Shown here: one piece after another, positions 17,900 to 27,365 of the stretch
Numbering within the stretch: the stretch's first letter is position 1
Layout of the letters: each line of letters opens with the position of its first letter
Origin: Candidatus Fermentibacterota bacterium
GTDB lineage: Bacteria; JAFGKV01
Direction: 5' to 3'
Assembly: GCA_030620115.1 (NCBI GenBank)
Contig: JAUXFG010000015.1
Span: 1 to 38,871 of the forward strand
DNA length: 38,871 nt
Translations under genes and position numbers: made by a program
The notes under the pieces: generated by a model
The model's input: the letters and a program-made list of their open reading frames with translations, nothing else
Told to the model about the DNA's origin: nothing
Databases searched by the model: none

Positions 17900-19726
17900 A
17901 TGAAGGAACAGATCCGCCGGGTTCTCTGTCGCTTCCAGGGTGGAGCCACTCCTGCGCTTCGTGGATCATCTTCCGCCTTCTGGATGATATGCGCAGCGCT
18001 CTCGCTTCTCGCCTGTTCCGACAAGAAGGGCCCTCGCCTGGTAATCCTGGGGCTTGACGCAGCGAACTGGGTATCCATGGAACCTCTTCTGGAGGAGGGG
18101 CTTCTCCCCAACCTCTCTCGACTCATTCGAGAGGGCGCCGCGGGCTCATTGTCTACTTTTATTCCCACCGCTTCCCCAGCCATTTGGACCACTATTGCCA
18201 CCGGCCAGTCTCCCGACAAGCATGGTATCGCTTTTCGCGTGCTCCAGATAGGAGAAGGGAAACCCGGGGAGGAGATGCTCGCCGCTATCAGCTCTGATGA
18301 GCGGGAGGTCAAGGCGCTGTGGAACCTCTTCACGGATTACGGCATCCAGAGTGCATTCATCGGCTGGTGGGCAACATGGCCCGCGGAAAAGATCCTTGGA
18401 TATGTGGTTTCTGACAAGGTGTATGAACCCCGGCTCAAACGGACCACATTCCCGACGGATCTTCGCAACAAACTTGCCCGGCAGGGTCTGCTTGAACAAG
18501 GATTGCCGCCCGAGCAGAAGGCTTGGTTTCGAAGGTTGCGGGGTGAGTTCAATGCATGGCGTCAAAACGTGGAAGAGGGAAGAACGCGGTGGACGGGGAC
18601 TGCCCCAAACGTAAAACGTTACTTCCAAGATCTCGAGGAGAAACTCCAAGCATACCGCCGAATAATGGCATTGGACTACCGCACAGAGCTGATTACGCAT
18701 CACCTGATGGATACTGATCCACCCGTCGAAGTCATTGCACCGTATTTCTGGTACATGGATATCTGCCAGCACATATTCTGGAAATACTGGAAGCCGGAAG
18801 GCTTCGACATCGACGAGAAAGAATTGGAGATCTTCGGAAAACTTGTTCCCCACTACTACGAGTTCATTGATGAGGTCGTCGGCAGGATCCTCGATCATGC
18901 CGGTCGCCATGCTATGGTTGTTGTCGTTTCAGACCATGGCATGGAAAGCTACTACTCGGACGCGTATGTCAACGATCTCTTCGATGTCGAAGGCGTGCTT
19001 GTCGACCTTGGCTGGTCGACCCGCGGTGCGGACAGGCGCCCGGATCTTGCACGATCAAAGGCTTATGTGAAGGCTGGGTCTCGACAGATGCGCCTCATCA
19101 ACCTCTCGGTGCAGGGACGTGAGCCGCACGGCAAAATCCAGGAGAAGGATCGGGCAGCGATGGTGGAGACGTTGGCCGAACAGCTCAAATCACTCAAGAC
19201 ACGGGCCTCTTCGAGACCTCTCTTCAACGAGGTGAGGATCCTGGGTGATTCGGAACAGAGCTATTCCACAGGCGGCTTTGTCTACTATGTCTTCGAACGC
19301 GCGGATCTCGCCTTGACTCTTAATAATCATGTGGATCTCGATGATTCCTTGAATGTCGCGGGAAAGGTCTTTCCATTGTCCCGTTGGAACAAGTGGCGCC
19401 CGTCGATCACGGGGCATCATTCCATGGCGCCCGCAGGCATCGTCATACTCAAAGGAGCTCCCTTTCAACGAGGCGCACGCCTTGAGAATGCGCGGGTCCA
19501 CGATGTTACTCCCACGATCATGGCCGCCTTTGGCCTCCCGGTGGCGGAGGATCTTGAAGGAAGAGTACTTGCCGAGGGCTTTAGGCAAGCGTTCTTCGAG
19601 AACAGCCCCGTTATCTCGATTCCCGGCTATGGCGCCAGGGCCGCCTTTGTAAAAGAGGGCATTCTGGAGGGCAGTGCGGACGACGCGCTCATCCAGCAGT
19701 TGAAGGCAATCGGCTACATACGGTGA
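17900..19726 (+). CDS. Alkaline-phosphatase-superfamily enzyme of the NPP / type I phosphodiesterase family; predicted lipoprotein
   Basis: LVILGLDAANW metal-binding start; IPTASPAIWTTIATGQSPDKHGI nucleophile region resembling the NPP TxP...TG...HG signature; VVVSDHGME. Signal peptide with lipobox LLAC. AGGAGA RBS. Confidence 0.8.
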   Translation: MKEQIRRVLCRFQGGATPALRGSSSAFWMICAALSLLACSDKKGPRLVILGLDAANWVSMEPLLEEGLLPNLSRLIREGAAGSLSTFIPTASPAIWTTIATGQSPDKHGIAFRVLQIGEGKPGEEMLAAISSDEREVKALWNLFTDYGIQSAFIGWWATWPAEKILGYVVSDKVYEPRLKRTTFPTDLRNKLARQGLLEQGLPPEQKAWFRRLRGEFNAWRQNVEEGRTRWTGTAPNVKRYFQDLEEKLQAYRRIMALDYRTELITHHLMDTDPPVEVIAPYFWYMDICQHIFWKYWKPEGFDIDEKELEIFGKLVPHYYEFIDEVVGRILDHAGRHAMVVVVSDHGMESYYSDAYVNDLFDVEGVLVDLGWSTRGADRRPDLARSKAYVKAGSRQMRLINLSVQGREPHGKIQEKDRAAMVETLAEQLKSLKTRASSRPLFNEVRILGDSEQSYSTGGFVYYVFERADLALTLNNHVDLDDSLNVAGKVFPLSRWNKWRPSITGHHSMAPAGIVILKGAPFQRGARLENARVHDVTPTIMAAFGLPVAEDLEGRVLAEGFRQAFFENSPVISIPGYGARAAFVKEGILEGSADDALIQQLKAIGYIR

Positions 19727-20805
19727 CTAAAGTCTCCCGCGGTCGGTTGCTTCGAGCCGGTGCACTCCATCTGCAAAGGAATCTGCTGGCAACCCTTTCT
19801 ACGCGCCGAACTACACCTCTCGGTCCCCCGCTCTACCTGGCGTTGGGCATCACAAAGCGGTGCAACTCGAAATGTTTGTACTGCGACCTCTGGCGCGCGG
19901 ATTCCACGGCTGAACTTGGGATCCATGAGTGGACGGCAATCATCAATGAGGCGGCAGCCTGGGTGGCGCCGGCCCATGTCTCCATTGCAGGCGGTGAGCC
20001 ATTCCTCCGCCCGGATCTTGGCGCCATCGTTCTGGCAGCACACGAGGCTGGTCTCTTGCCTTCGGTTGTCACCAACGGTACTCTCCTGCCGCCGCACAGA
20101 ATCAAAGAGGTGGCCTCGTGGCCCCTGGCATCGCTGACCATCTCTATTGACTCGCTCTCTCCGGAGCCCCATGACCGTATTCATGGCCTGCCGGGCACGC
20201 ACCACAAGGCCATGGCTGCGTTGAGAGGTCTCCTCCAGCGGGGCATGGGGCCCCGGCTGCGGGTTGCCGCCGTGATCACGGGCTTCAACATTCACGATCT
20301 TTTACCCCTTGCGCAATGGGTATTCGACCAGGGAATCGGCGGCTTCACTGTGCAACCATTGGGGGAGCCGTTCGAGCGCACCCGCGACCCCTCCTGGTAT
20401 GAAAAGTCACCGCTCAGACTGACCGACCCCCAGGACGTAAAGCCTCTGGTCGAGAGCCTGAAACAGTTAAAAACCAAAGGATGCCCCGTCATGAATCCCG
20501 CCAGACAACTGGATGCACTCCCCGTTTATTACGAGAATCCGGAGCGGGGGCTCTTCCTCCCGTGTCGTGTCGGCAGCACTACCTTGGGGATCGGCCCTGG
20601 CGGCGATCTTCGCTTCTGCCCGTACCATCCACCCTTTGGTCAGTGGGGTGCAGGCCCCCTCCGCGATCAATGGGTCAGCGCCACCGCGGCTTCAGCCCGC
20701 ACCAAGATCCTGAAATGCGCCCGAGGCTGCAGCATCATGAACTGCACTTTCAACCCAACTCTGGGGGAGCGTGTTGTCCGTTGGAAGAGAGCTTTGGCCT
20801 GGTGA
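19723..20805 (+). CDS. Second radical SAM enzyme with full SPASM-like C-terminal domain
   Basis: CNSKCLYC (CX3CX2C); C-terminal C...GDLRFC...CARGCSIMNC. GTG start overlapping the stop of the upstream gene (GTGA). Confidence 0.8.
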   Translation: MTKVSRGRLLRAGALHLQRNLLATLSTRRTTPLGPPLYLALGITKRCNSKCLYCDLWRADSTAELGIHEWTAIINEAAAWVAPAHVSIAGGEPFLRPDLGAIVLAAHEAGLLPSVVTNGTLLPPHRIKEVASWPLASLTISIDSLSPEPHDRIHGLPGTHHKAMAALRGLLQRGMGPRLRVAAVITGFNIHDLLPLAQWVFDQGIGGFTVQPLGEPFERTRDPSWYEKSPLRLTDPQDVKPLVESLKQLKTKGCPVMNPARQLDALPVYYENPERGLFLPCRVGSTTLGIGPGGDLRFCPYHPPFGQWGAGPLRDQWVSATAASARTKILKCARGCSIMNCTFNPTLGERVVRWKRALAW

Positions 20806-21808
20806 AGTGAGACACCCATTGTTTACCGACGAGAGGACACTTCCTTCGCTGGATGGCGAACCGAAACTGAAACTGTCGATACTCATCGTGAATACCAATA
20901 GCAAGGAGCTTCTTCTTGCGTGTCTCCAATCGATCTACGCCACCGTACGTGCCATCCCCTACGAGATCATCGTGGTCGACAATGCATCTACCGACGGATC
21001 GGTTGAGGCCGTGCGCGACCGGTTCCCCAAGGTGCTTCTTATTGAGAACGACTACAACAACTGGTTCACCGGGGGAACCAACCAGGCAACACTCGCCAGC
21101 ACGGGCGAGTATCTGCTCTGCCTCAATCCCGATACGATCTGTCATGAAGAGGCCATCGATGCCCTGGTGACCTTCCTCGATGACCACCCCAAGGTTGGTG
21201 TCGTCGGCCCGAAACTACTGAATGGCGACGGAACGCTCCAGCCTTCGTGTCGCAACTTCCTGACGAACCGGCGCTTGGTGCTGCAGCACTTCTTCCCTTG
21301 GCGAAAAACGCCAAATGCTTGGCGGAAGAGGACGGTTCTCGAATACTGGGACCACGACGAGACCACAGAAGTCGATTGGCTGATCGGCGCGTGTATCCTT
21401 GTACGACGAACTGCCGTGGAGTTGGTGGGCCTCAAAGACGAGGGCTACCCTATCTTCCATGAGGAAACGGACTGGTGTTACCGCCTCAAACAAGCGGGAT
21501 GGGAGACTTGGTTTCTCCATCATGCCCAGATCGTTCATTTCGGGAGCCAAACAGTGGGAAAACTGTGGGGGCGCGGGCTTGTCTTGGAGTTCTACAAGGG
21601 CAAGCACCGTTTCATCAGAAAGCATTACGGGAATACCGCGCTGCTCTTTCATCGTATGCTCATCTCTTGCCTGCTCCTTGCGAGGCTTGTGAAATCCTCG
21701 CTTCTTGGAGCCCTACCTATGGGTACTATGCACAGGGAACAGATCCCAATCCTGCTGCAGGCCATAGCCCTTCAACTGGGCGCCTATCGCAGAAGGCGGG
21801 TCGAGTAA
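20771..21808 (+). CDS. GT2-family glycosyltransferase (rhamnosyl/β-glycosyltransferase-like, Glyco_tranf_2_3 type)
   Basis: LSILIVNTNS...IIVVDNASTDGS...LNPDT (DXD). Start uncertain: the ATG at 20771 overlaps the previous gene by 35 nt; an in-frame TTG at about 20816 is an alternative. Confidence 0.8.
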   Translation: MLSVGRELWPGEVRHPLFTDERTLPSLDGEPKLKLSILIVNTNSKELLLACLQSIYATVRAIPYEIIVVDNASTDGSVEAVRDRFPKVLLIENDYNNWFTGGTNQATLASTGEYLLCLNPDTICHEEAIDALVTFLDDHPKVGVVGPKLLNGDGTLQPSCRNFLTNRRLVLQHFFPWRKTPNAWRKRTVLEYWDHDETTEVDWLIGACILVRRTAVELVGLKDEGYPIFHEETDWCYRLKQAGWETWFLHHAQIVHFGSQTVGKLWGRGLVLEFYKGKHRFIRKHYGNTALLFHRMLISCLLLARLVKSSLLGALPMGTMHREQIPILLQAIALQLGAYRRRRVE

Positions 21809-21816
21809 GGAGAAGC

Positions 21817-22953
21817 ATGGGCACAGATTCCTATCTCAAGGCGGTGGAACGCGTACTCAGTGAACTTCCCAGGGAACAGGTGGATCAACTTGTGGAGGTA
21901 TTGGCAAAGGCGCGAACCCTCCGCCGCCAGGTTTTTCTTATGGGAAATGGCGGATCGGCAGCCACCGCTTCACACATTGCCTGTGACCTTGGCAAAGGAA
22001 CGGTCAGACCCGACAAGAAGCGCTTTCGCGTTACCGCGTTGACCGACAACGTACCACTCATGACTGCCTGGGCAAACGACACGTCGTACGACATGGTTTT
22101 CGTGGAGCAGCTCTCGGGGTGCATCCAGCCGGGAGACGTCGTGATTGCCCTCAGCGGAAGCGGCAACTCGCCGAATGTCCTCAAAGCCATCGAGTATGCG
22201 GCGTCAGCCGGCGCAACTACTGTTGGCCTCACAGGGTATGATGGAGGGCGCCTGGCCCGATTGGTCGACCACGCGGTGATCGTTTCGGATAACTGCATGG
22301 AGAGAATAGAAGATGTTCACCTGGTGCTCGGCCATGCCGTGGCCGCCGCCCTGAGAGACATCATCGCCCAAGAGCCTGTGCCCAGCAGAGATCGGGTGGT
22401 CTTTCTCGACAGGGATGGTGTCATCAATCAACTGGCGCCGGACAATGGATACGTCACTTCTTGGGAGGATTTCCGATTCCTTCCCGGGGCTCTCGATGCC
22501 ATTGCTCGACTCACAAGAAGTGGATTCCGCATTGTGGTAGTCACCAATCAAAGCTGTATCGGCCGGGGCCTTGCGACCCATGAAGATATCCGACTCATCC
22601 ACAGAATCATGGAGGAGAGAATAGAGGAAGTCGGCGGAAGAATAGAAGCGGTGTACTATTGTCCGCATAAGCCTGATGACGGCTGTTCGTGCAGAAAACC
22701 AAAACCCGGCCTTTTTCTTGCCGCGCAGGAAGACCTTGGTATCGATCTCGTGCAATCCATAGTGATTGGGGATAGCCTATCAGACCTGCAGGCAGTGGAG
22801 AAAATCCACGGGACGTCTCTCCTTGTCCGCACGGGCCACGGTTCTGACACAATGGCGCAACTCGGACCGGGGGTAGTGCAACCATCGGCCATCGCCCATG
22901 ACGTGGGCGAGGCGGCAGAATGGATCCTTGAGAAGAGAGCCCCGCCGGGATAA
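21817..22953 (+). CDS. Bifunctional SIS-domain phosphoheptose isomerase (GmhA-like) fused to HAD-family D,D-heptose 1,7-bisphosphate phosphatase (GmhB-like)
   Basis: N-terminal half: FLMGNGGSAATASHIACDL...ALSGSGNSPNV (SIS). C-terminal half: VFLDRDGVIN...YCPHKPDDGCSCRKPKPG...IGDSLSDL (HAD IIIA/GmhB with Cys-cluster zinc site). Start trimmed from the track's 21475 to ATG 21817, which has an AAGGAG RBS directly after the GT2 stop. Confidence 0.8.
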   Translation: MGTDSYLKAVERVLSELPREQVDQLVEVLAKARTLRRQVFLMGNGGSAATASHIACDLGKGTVRPDKKRFRVTALTDNVPLMTAWANDTSYDMVFVEQLSGCIQPGDVVIALSGSGNSPNVLKAIEYAASAGATTVGLTGYDGGRLARLVDHAVIVSDNCMERIEDVHLVLGHAVAAALRDIIAQEPVPSRDRVVFLDRDGVINQLAPDNGYVTSWEDFRFLPGALDAIARLTRSGFRIVVVTNQSCIGRGLATHEDIRLIHRIMEERIEEVGGRIEAVYYCPHKPDDGCSCRKPKPGLFLAAQEDLGIDLVQSIVIGDSLSDLQAVEKIHGTSLLVRTGHGSDTMAQLGPGVVQPSAIAHDVGEAAEWILEKRAPPG

Positions 22954-23027
22954 CCTCGCATCTCTCCCCGGGTACCAATACATTTGCGGGTTCGTAATTG
23001 AAACCATGACCATATCAGGAGGATTGA

Positions 23028-23948
23028 ATGTTGCAGAAGGATCTTCTTTCCATTGATCGCATGACAAAGGAAGACGTTGCCGACCTGCTGAAGGCGGCCC
23101 ACGAGATGAAGACACTCTACAAAGGGGGAGGGACGGTCGACTCCCTCAAGGGCAAGGTCCTTGCCATGCTCTTCGCAAAGCCAAGCCTTCGAACCCGAGT
23201 GAGTTTTGAGGTCGCTGCCGTGCAACTGGGAGGCCATGCCATGTACATCACCCATGGCGAGGTGGGGCTCGGCAAACGAGAAGCGGTTTGTGACGCGGCA
23301 CGGGTTCTTTCCCGCATGGTGGATGGCATCATGATCCGGACCTTTGCCCAAAGCGAGGTGGAGGAGCTCGCTGCACATGCCTCGGTACCGGTCATCAATG
23401 GACTCACCGACCGGTACCATCCTTGTCAGGTGCTTGCCGATCTCATGACCGTTGAGGAAGCATTCGGAAGCCTTGAGGGCATCCGAATCACCTATATCGG
23501 GGACGGGAACAATGTCGCGCACAGCCTGATCCACGGCGCAAGAAGAACCCCGATCCACCTCACTCTGGTGACGCCAGAGGGCTACGAGCCCAACAAGGAG
23601 CTCGTGGATGCAGGCAAGACGGAGATCGGTGATCGTCTCCGGGTGCTCCATGATGCCACAGAGGGAGCCAAAGGCGCTCATGTCATCTACACCGACGTGT
23701 GGGCTAGCATGGGCCAGGAATCAGAGCGACAGAAGCGGCTGAACGATTTCGCGGGATATCAGGTACAGGAAACGCTCCTGGAGAAGGCTGATCCCGGCGT
23801 CAGGGTGATGCACTGTTTGCCGGCACATCGGGGAGAAGAGATCACCGACGAGGTCATGGACGGCGCCCATGCACTCATGTTTGATCAAGCGGAGAACCGT
23901 CTTCACCTGCAGCGGGCATTGCTCCACATACTCATGGGAGCGCAGTGA
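23028..23948 (+). CDS. argF: Ornithine carbamoyltransferase
   Basis: SLRTRVSFE (STRT carbamoyl-phosphate site), HPCQ, HCLPAHRGEE; 306 aa; AGGAGG RBS. Confidence 0.95.
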   Translation: MLQKDLLSIDRMTKEDVADLLKAAHEMKTLYKGGGTVDSLKGKVLAMLFAKPSLRTRVSFEVAAVQLGGHAMYITHGEVGLGKREAVCDAARVLSRMVDGIMIRTFAQSEVEELAAHASVPVINGLTDRYHPCQVLADLMTVEEAFGSLEGIRITYIGDGNNVAHSLIHGARRTPIHLTLVTPEGYEPNKELVDAGKTEIGDRLRVLHDATEGAKGAHVIYTDVWASMGQESERQKRLNDFAGYQVQETLLEKADPGVRVMHCLPAHRGEEITDEVMDGAHALMFDQAENRLHLQRALLHILMGAQ

Positions 23949-25315
23949 ACAGGGCAGCCGTCTACTCGCTCCTTCTTGGCCTCCTGGTAAACTCGTGTGC
24001 CAAGCGGGGAGCGCCGGGCGGGGGGCCAAAGGACGAGACCGCTCCCTTTGTGGCGATTTGGGCTCCCGTACAAGGACGGGCCGACGTGGATCCCGAGACT
24101 TGGGTGGAGCTGACCTGGAACGAACCCGTGGACCGGGGGAGTGTGGAAGAACGGCTCCACATCAGCCCTGACACCATGCTTGTCCAGCGCTCCTGGAAGG
24201 GACAGACATTGCGTCTCCGGCCCCAAAGCGGTTGGATGGAAGACCAAACCCACTGGGTCTGTATCGGCCATGGAGTGCTCGATCGTCACGATCTATCCAT
24301 GGAAGAACCATTTGTTTTGTGGTTTTCCACAGGAGATTCCATGCCGCCCACCAGCGTGGAAGGAGAGGCCGTATTGGCGGGCGGAGGGTCGCCGGCCCAG
24401 GCGGCATTGATCACTGCTTCAAACGACCGGAACACCTTGCGGTGGCTGGTCACCTCATCACGCACGGGTTCCTTTCTTCTGCAAGGTCTTGATCCGGGAA
24501 CATGGCACATCACCGCGCTCTTGGATACTGATGGCGACGGCGCCTATGCCCGGGGTGCTGAACCATGGGCCGAGCATATCCTCGAACTCGTGCCCGATTC
24601 GCTCTGCTCCGTGAAGTTGGTACTTGCCATCGAGGATACGATTCCTCCCCTTGTGGTCGATGTCCGGGCTCTGCATAGCACCCTTGTCCGGGCAGCGTTC
24701 ACCGAACCCGTATGCGGCATTGCCGACACGACGTTATCCGTCACGGATAGTACGGGAATACCCTATGAGATCGCCTCGGCATACTCCCCGGATGCGCACC
24801 CGGAGCTCATCAACATCTACCTCTCCCGCGCCATGAAGGATGACGAGATGCGACTCTCTGTGAACGCCGTGCAAGATACGGTAGGTCTCGTTTCGGCCGA
24901 TACTCTGCTCTCGTTTCTTGGTACGAGTCTGGCCGACACGGTGGCGCCTTCCGTGGAACATCTCTGGTATGCGGATTCGACGTTTTCACAAATCTCCATC
25001 GTGTTCAGTGAGGCGGTTCTCCCCACAGAGGCACAAGAGGCATTAAGAATCGCGGATCTTGACAGTCTGGACCGAATTGCCGGTATGATCTCCTGGCCCG
25101 ATCCTTCGGTCTTGGTCTGGATGTCCACCGATAGCCTCCGGCATTCGAACCGATATCTGCTAAGCCTTTCAGACTCGATCCATGACTTATCGGGAAACAT
25201 GCTCCGTAATGCTTTTCACGTCCGAACACCTCCATCCTCTGACTCTCACATTCCCCCATGGGAACCGCGCCCACGCCTTCGTGGACAAGGTCCCGGGTTG
25301 GTATCATCTCAATAG
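23945..25315 (+). CDS. Lipoprotein with Ig-like/β-sandwich repeats, function unknown
   Basis: GTG start overlapping the argF stop (GTGA). Signal peptide with lipobox LVNSC. Repeated β-rich segments. Confidence 0.55.
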   Translation: MNRAAVYSLLLGLLVNSCAKRGAPGGGPKDETAPFVAIWAPVQGRADVDPETWVELTWNEPVDRGSVEERLHISPDTMLVQRSWKGQTLRLRPQSGWMEDQTHWVCIGHGVLDRHDLSMEEPFVLWFSTGDSMPPTSVEGEAVLAGGGSPAQAALITASNDRNTLRWLVTSSRTGSFLLQGLDPGTWHITALLDTDGDGAYARGAEPWAEHILELVPDSLCSVKLVLAIEDTIPPLVVDVRALHSTLVRAAFTEPVCGIADTTLSVTDSTGIPYEIASAYSPDAHPELINIYLSRAMKDDEMRLSVNAVQDTVGLVSADTLLSFLGTSLADTVAPSVEHLWYADSTFSQISIVFSEAVLPTEAQEALRIADLDSLDRIAGMISWPDPSVLVWMSTDSLRHSNRYLLSLSDSIHDLSGNMLRNAFHVRTPPSSDSHIPPWEPRPRLRGQGPGLVSSQ

Positions 25316-25541
25316 GTCTGTGCGACAACGCATCACCATCATGAATTCATCCGCTGGAGGGCCACGCTCCGTCGTGGCCGCCTATGCCGCATACCTCGGA
25401 CGCGATGGAACGCGTCCCTCCATCATAGAAAGCAGGAACGGGAGAAGGTTGGATGCACTGGCCTATTGAGAACCCACCTGGATTATGATCAATCCGCTTC
25501 GGCGCAGCCCTCTCATCGCCAAGTTTCGTGCAGAGTCCCGC

Positions 25542-26666
25542 ATGTCGGTGGGACAGACGGATATTCTTCTCGCCTCACGTTTTGGGTTCTGCTTGGGCGT
25601 TCGACGTGCGCTGGTCCAGGTGGGGCAAGCGTGGGAGAAACATTCGGGGCCGGGCAGGCTCTTCGTGCTCCACGAGATCATCCATAACCCCACCGTTTGT
25701 CGGTGGTTGCACGCGCAAGGTCTGGTCTCTCTCGACCCGAGTACGCCACGATGGTGGGCTGACCTCCGAGAGCAGGACACGGTAATTGTGTCGGCTTTCG
25801 GAGCCACCGTGGAAGAGGAAGCACACTTGGCCGACGCAGGCGTTGCGGTAGTGGCAACAACCTGCCCAAGCGTCACCAAGGTGTGGCGGCAGGTATCGAT
25901 CTATGCACGCGATGGTTTTACCACGGTTCTCCATGGCAGGTACGATCATCCGGAGACCCAGGCAACGCTCTCCCGGGCGGAGGCGAGAGGCGGGCCCTAC
26001 GTGGTAGTGAAGGATAAAGCGGAGGCGGAGGAACTCGCCCAGCTCATCGCCCGGGGAAGTGGCGCCATGCCGGAGGAGAAATCGCTTTCCCAAACGACAT
26101 CCGCGGGATTTGATCCGGCCCATGACCTCACGCGCATCGGTCTCGCAAACCAGACCACTATGCTCGCGGGAGAATCCATGGAGGTTGCCGCGATCCTCCG
26201 CCATGCCATGGAGATACGGTACGGATCAGGGCATGTGGAGAATCATTTCAGAACATATGGGACGATCTGTCGCGCAACCCAGCAGAGACAGGATGCCGCA
26301 GCGGCCCTTGCCCGGGAGCAGCCGGACCTGGTGGTGGTAGTGGGCGGCCATAACAGCAGCAACACACGTCACCTTGCCGAACTGATCGCCACCAAGGGCC
26401 GGGTTATGCACATCGAAGGTCCCGACGCCATCGAATCCCTCCGGCGCGTGACCTATCAGCCCGCCGGAAAGAACAAAAAGGCCCATGCGAGCATCGCCTG
26501 GCTCAAGGAACATCCCAAGCGGCGGATTGGGTTCACCGCAGGCGCATCAACACCGGATGCGGAGCTGGGGGAGACCATCGCGAAGCTTGTATGGCTGCTT
26601 GAGGAAGATCTTCCGGAGATTATGGATGATGAGCTGCGGCTTTCGGAGAAGGGTTATCGCTGTTGA
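25542..26666 (+). CDS. ispH: 4-hydroxy-3-methylbut-2-enyl diphosphate reductase
   Basis: FGFCLGVRRA, TTCPSVTKV and ICRATQQRQ (three Cys ligands of the 4Fe-4S cluster), VVGGHNSSNT. An alternative start at 25485 would add 19 residues. Confidence 0.9.
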   Translation: MSVGQTDILLASRFGFCLGVRRALVQVGQAWEKHSGPGRLFVLHEIIHNPTVCRWLHAQGLVSLDPSTPRWWADLREQDTVIVSAFGATVEEEAHLADAGVAVVATTCPSVTKVWRQVSIYARDGFTTVLHGRYDHPETQATLSRAEARGGPYVVVKDKAEAEELAQLIARGSGAMPEEKSLSQTTSAGFDPAHDLTRIGLANQTTMLAGESMEVAAILRHAMEIRYGSGHVENHFRTYGTICRATQQRQDAAAALAREQPDLVVVVGGHNSSNTRHLAELIATKGRVMHIEGPDAIESLRRVTYQPAGKNKKAHASIAWLKEHPKRRIGFTAGASTPDAELGETIAKLVWLLEEDLPEIMDDELRLSEKGYRC

Positions 26667-26940
26667 AGCGAAGGGTCATCCAACTTGAGAACACCAGGGG
26701 GCTCAAGACGAGCCACATGGCCAACAGCAGCGCCGTGACCCCAAGGCTCCTGATTACGACATAGCTCCCGAAGCCGACGACCAGCGTGACGTACGCGACG
26801 CCGAACGCGGCGAGATGGAATCTCCTTGCATCCACGTACAGCGCGGCCCTACACCATCGGCATGTGTAGCGCTGACCCGGTTCCCAGGTGAATACGGCGG
26901 AGAGGGAGGGCCTCCTGGAGCACGACGGGCAGAGTGCCAA
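26620..26940 (-). CDS. Small zinc-ribbon plus 2-TM membrane protein (DUF983-like), questionable
   Basis: CPSC...CRWC followed by two hydrophobic helices. Its 3' end overlaps the ispH 3' end convergently by ~47 nt, which lowers confidence. Confidence 0.35.
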   Translation of the reverse strand: MALCPSCSRRPSLSAVFTWEPGQRYTCRWCRAALYVDARRFHLAAFGVAYVTLVVGFGSYVVIRSLGVTALLLAMWLVLSPLVFSSWMTLRFNSDNPSPKAAAHHP

Positions 26941-26941
26941 A

Positions 26942-27280
26942 TCAGCCTTCCTCTATGTACACGTCCCTGATCCACCCTAACTGCATGCTTTCCGGCACCT
27001 GGACCTGGAACCAGTCGCCATCGCGCCCAAAACACCGCAATGCCGTGCCAACGGGGACCTTGGCTACCCGGGGGCTGTCCCCCTGTGGCGCCAGCCGGAT
27101 ATTGGCATAGGTTCTTCCCTTTTTGGCCAGCACCGTGATGGTGTACACGCTGGGCTCGCGCTCCTCTTCGGTCATCTCTTGTGTCTGTCCGGCGAACGTG
27201 CCTCCCGAGTGGGTACATGCCGCGATGAGCAAGATAACAAAAAGAAACACAAGAAGGAGTCCATATGAAAATCGGTGCAT
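26942..27280 (-). CDS. Lipoprotein with bacterial SH3 (SH3b)-like domain
   Basis: Signal peptide with lipobox LIAAC. YANIRLAPQGDSPRVAKVPVGTALRCFGRDGDWFQVQV is SH3b-like. Confidence 0.6.
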   Translation of the reverse strand: MHRFSYGLLLVFLFVILLIAACTHSGGTFAGQTQEMTEEEREPSVYTITVLAKKGRTYANIRLAPQGDSPRVAKVPVGTALRCFGRDGDWFQVQVPESMQLGWIRDVYIEEG

Positions 27281-27365
27281 ACCTGCCTCCCGGGAGGATG
27301 TGCTTGTGGGTTCAGGGTTCAGTCCGGCCTCTGATGGCGCCGCGCCATCAGGTTTTTCAAGGCAG

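Noticed and set aside
21475-21816. N-terminal 114-codon extension of the GmhA–GmhB ORF
   Set aside because: Overlaps the C-terminal third of the GT2 gene in another frame and has a low-complexity composition. An ATG with an AAGGAG RBS at 21817 gives a canonical GmhA N-terminus.
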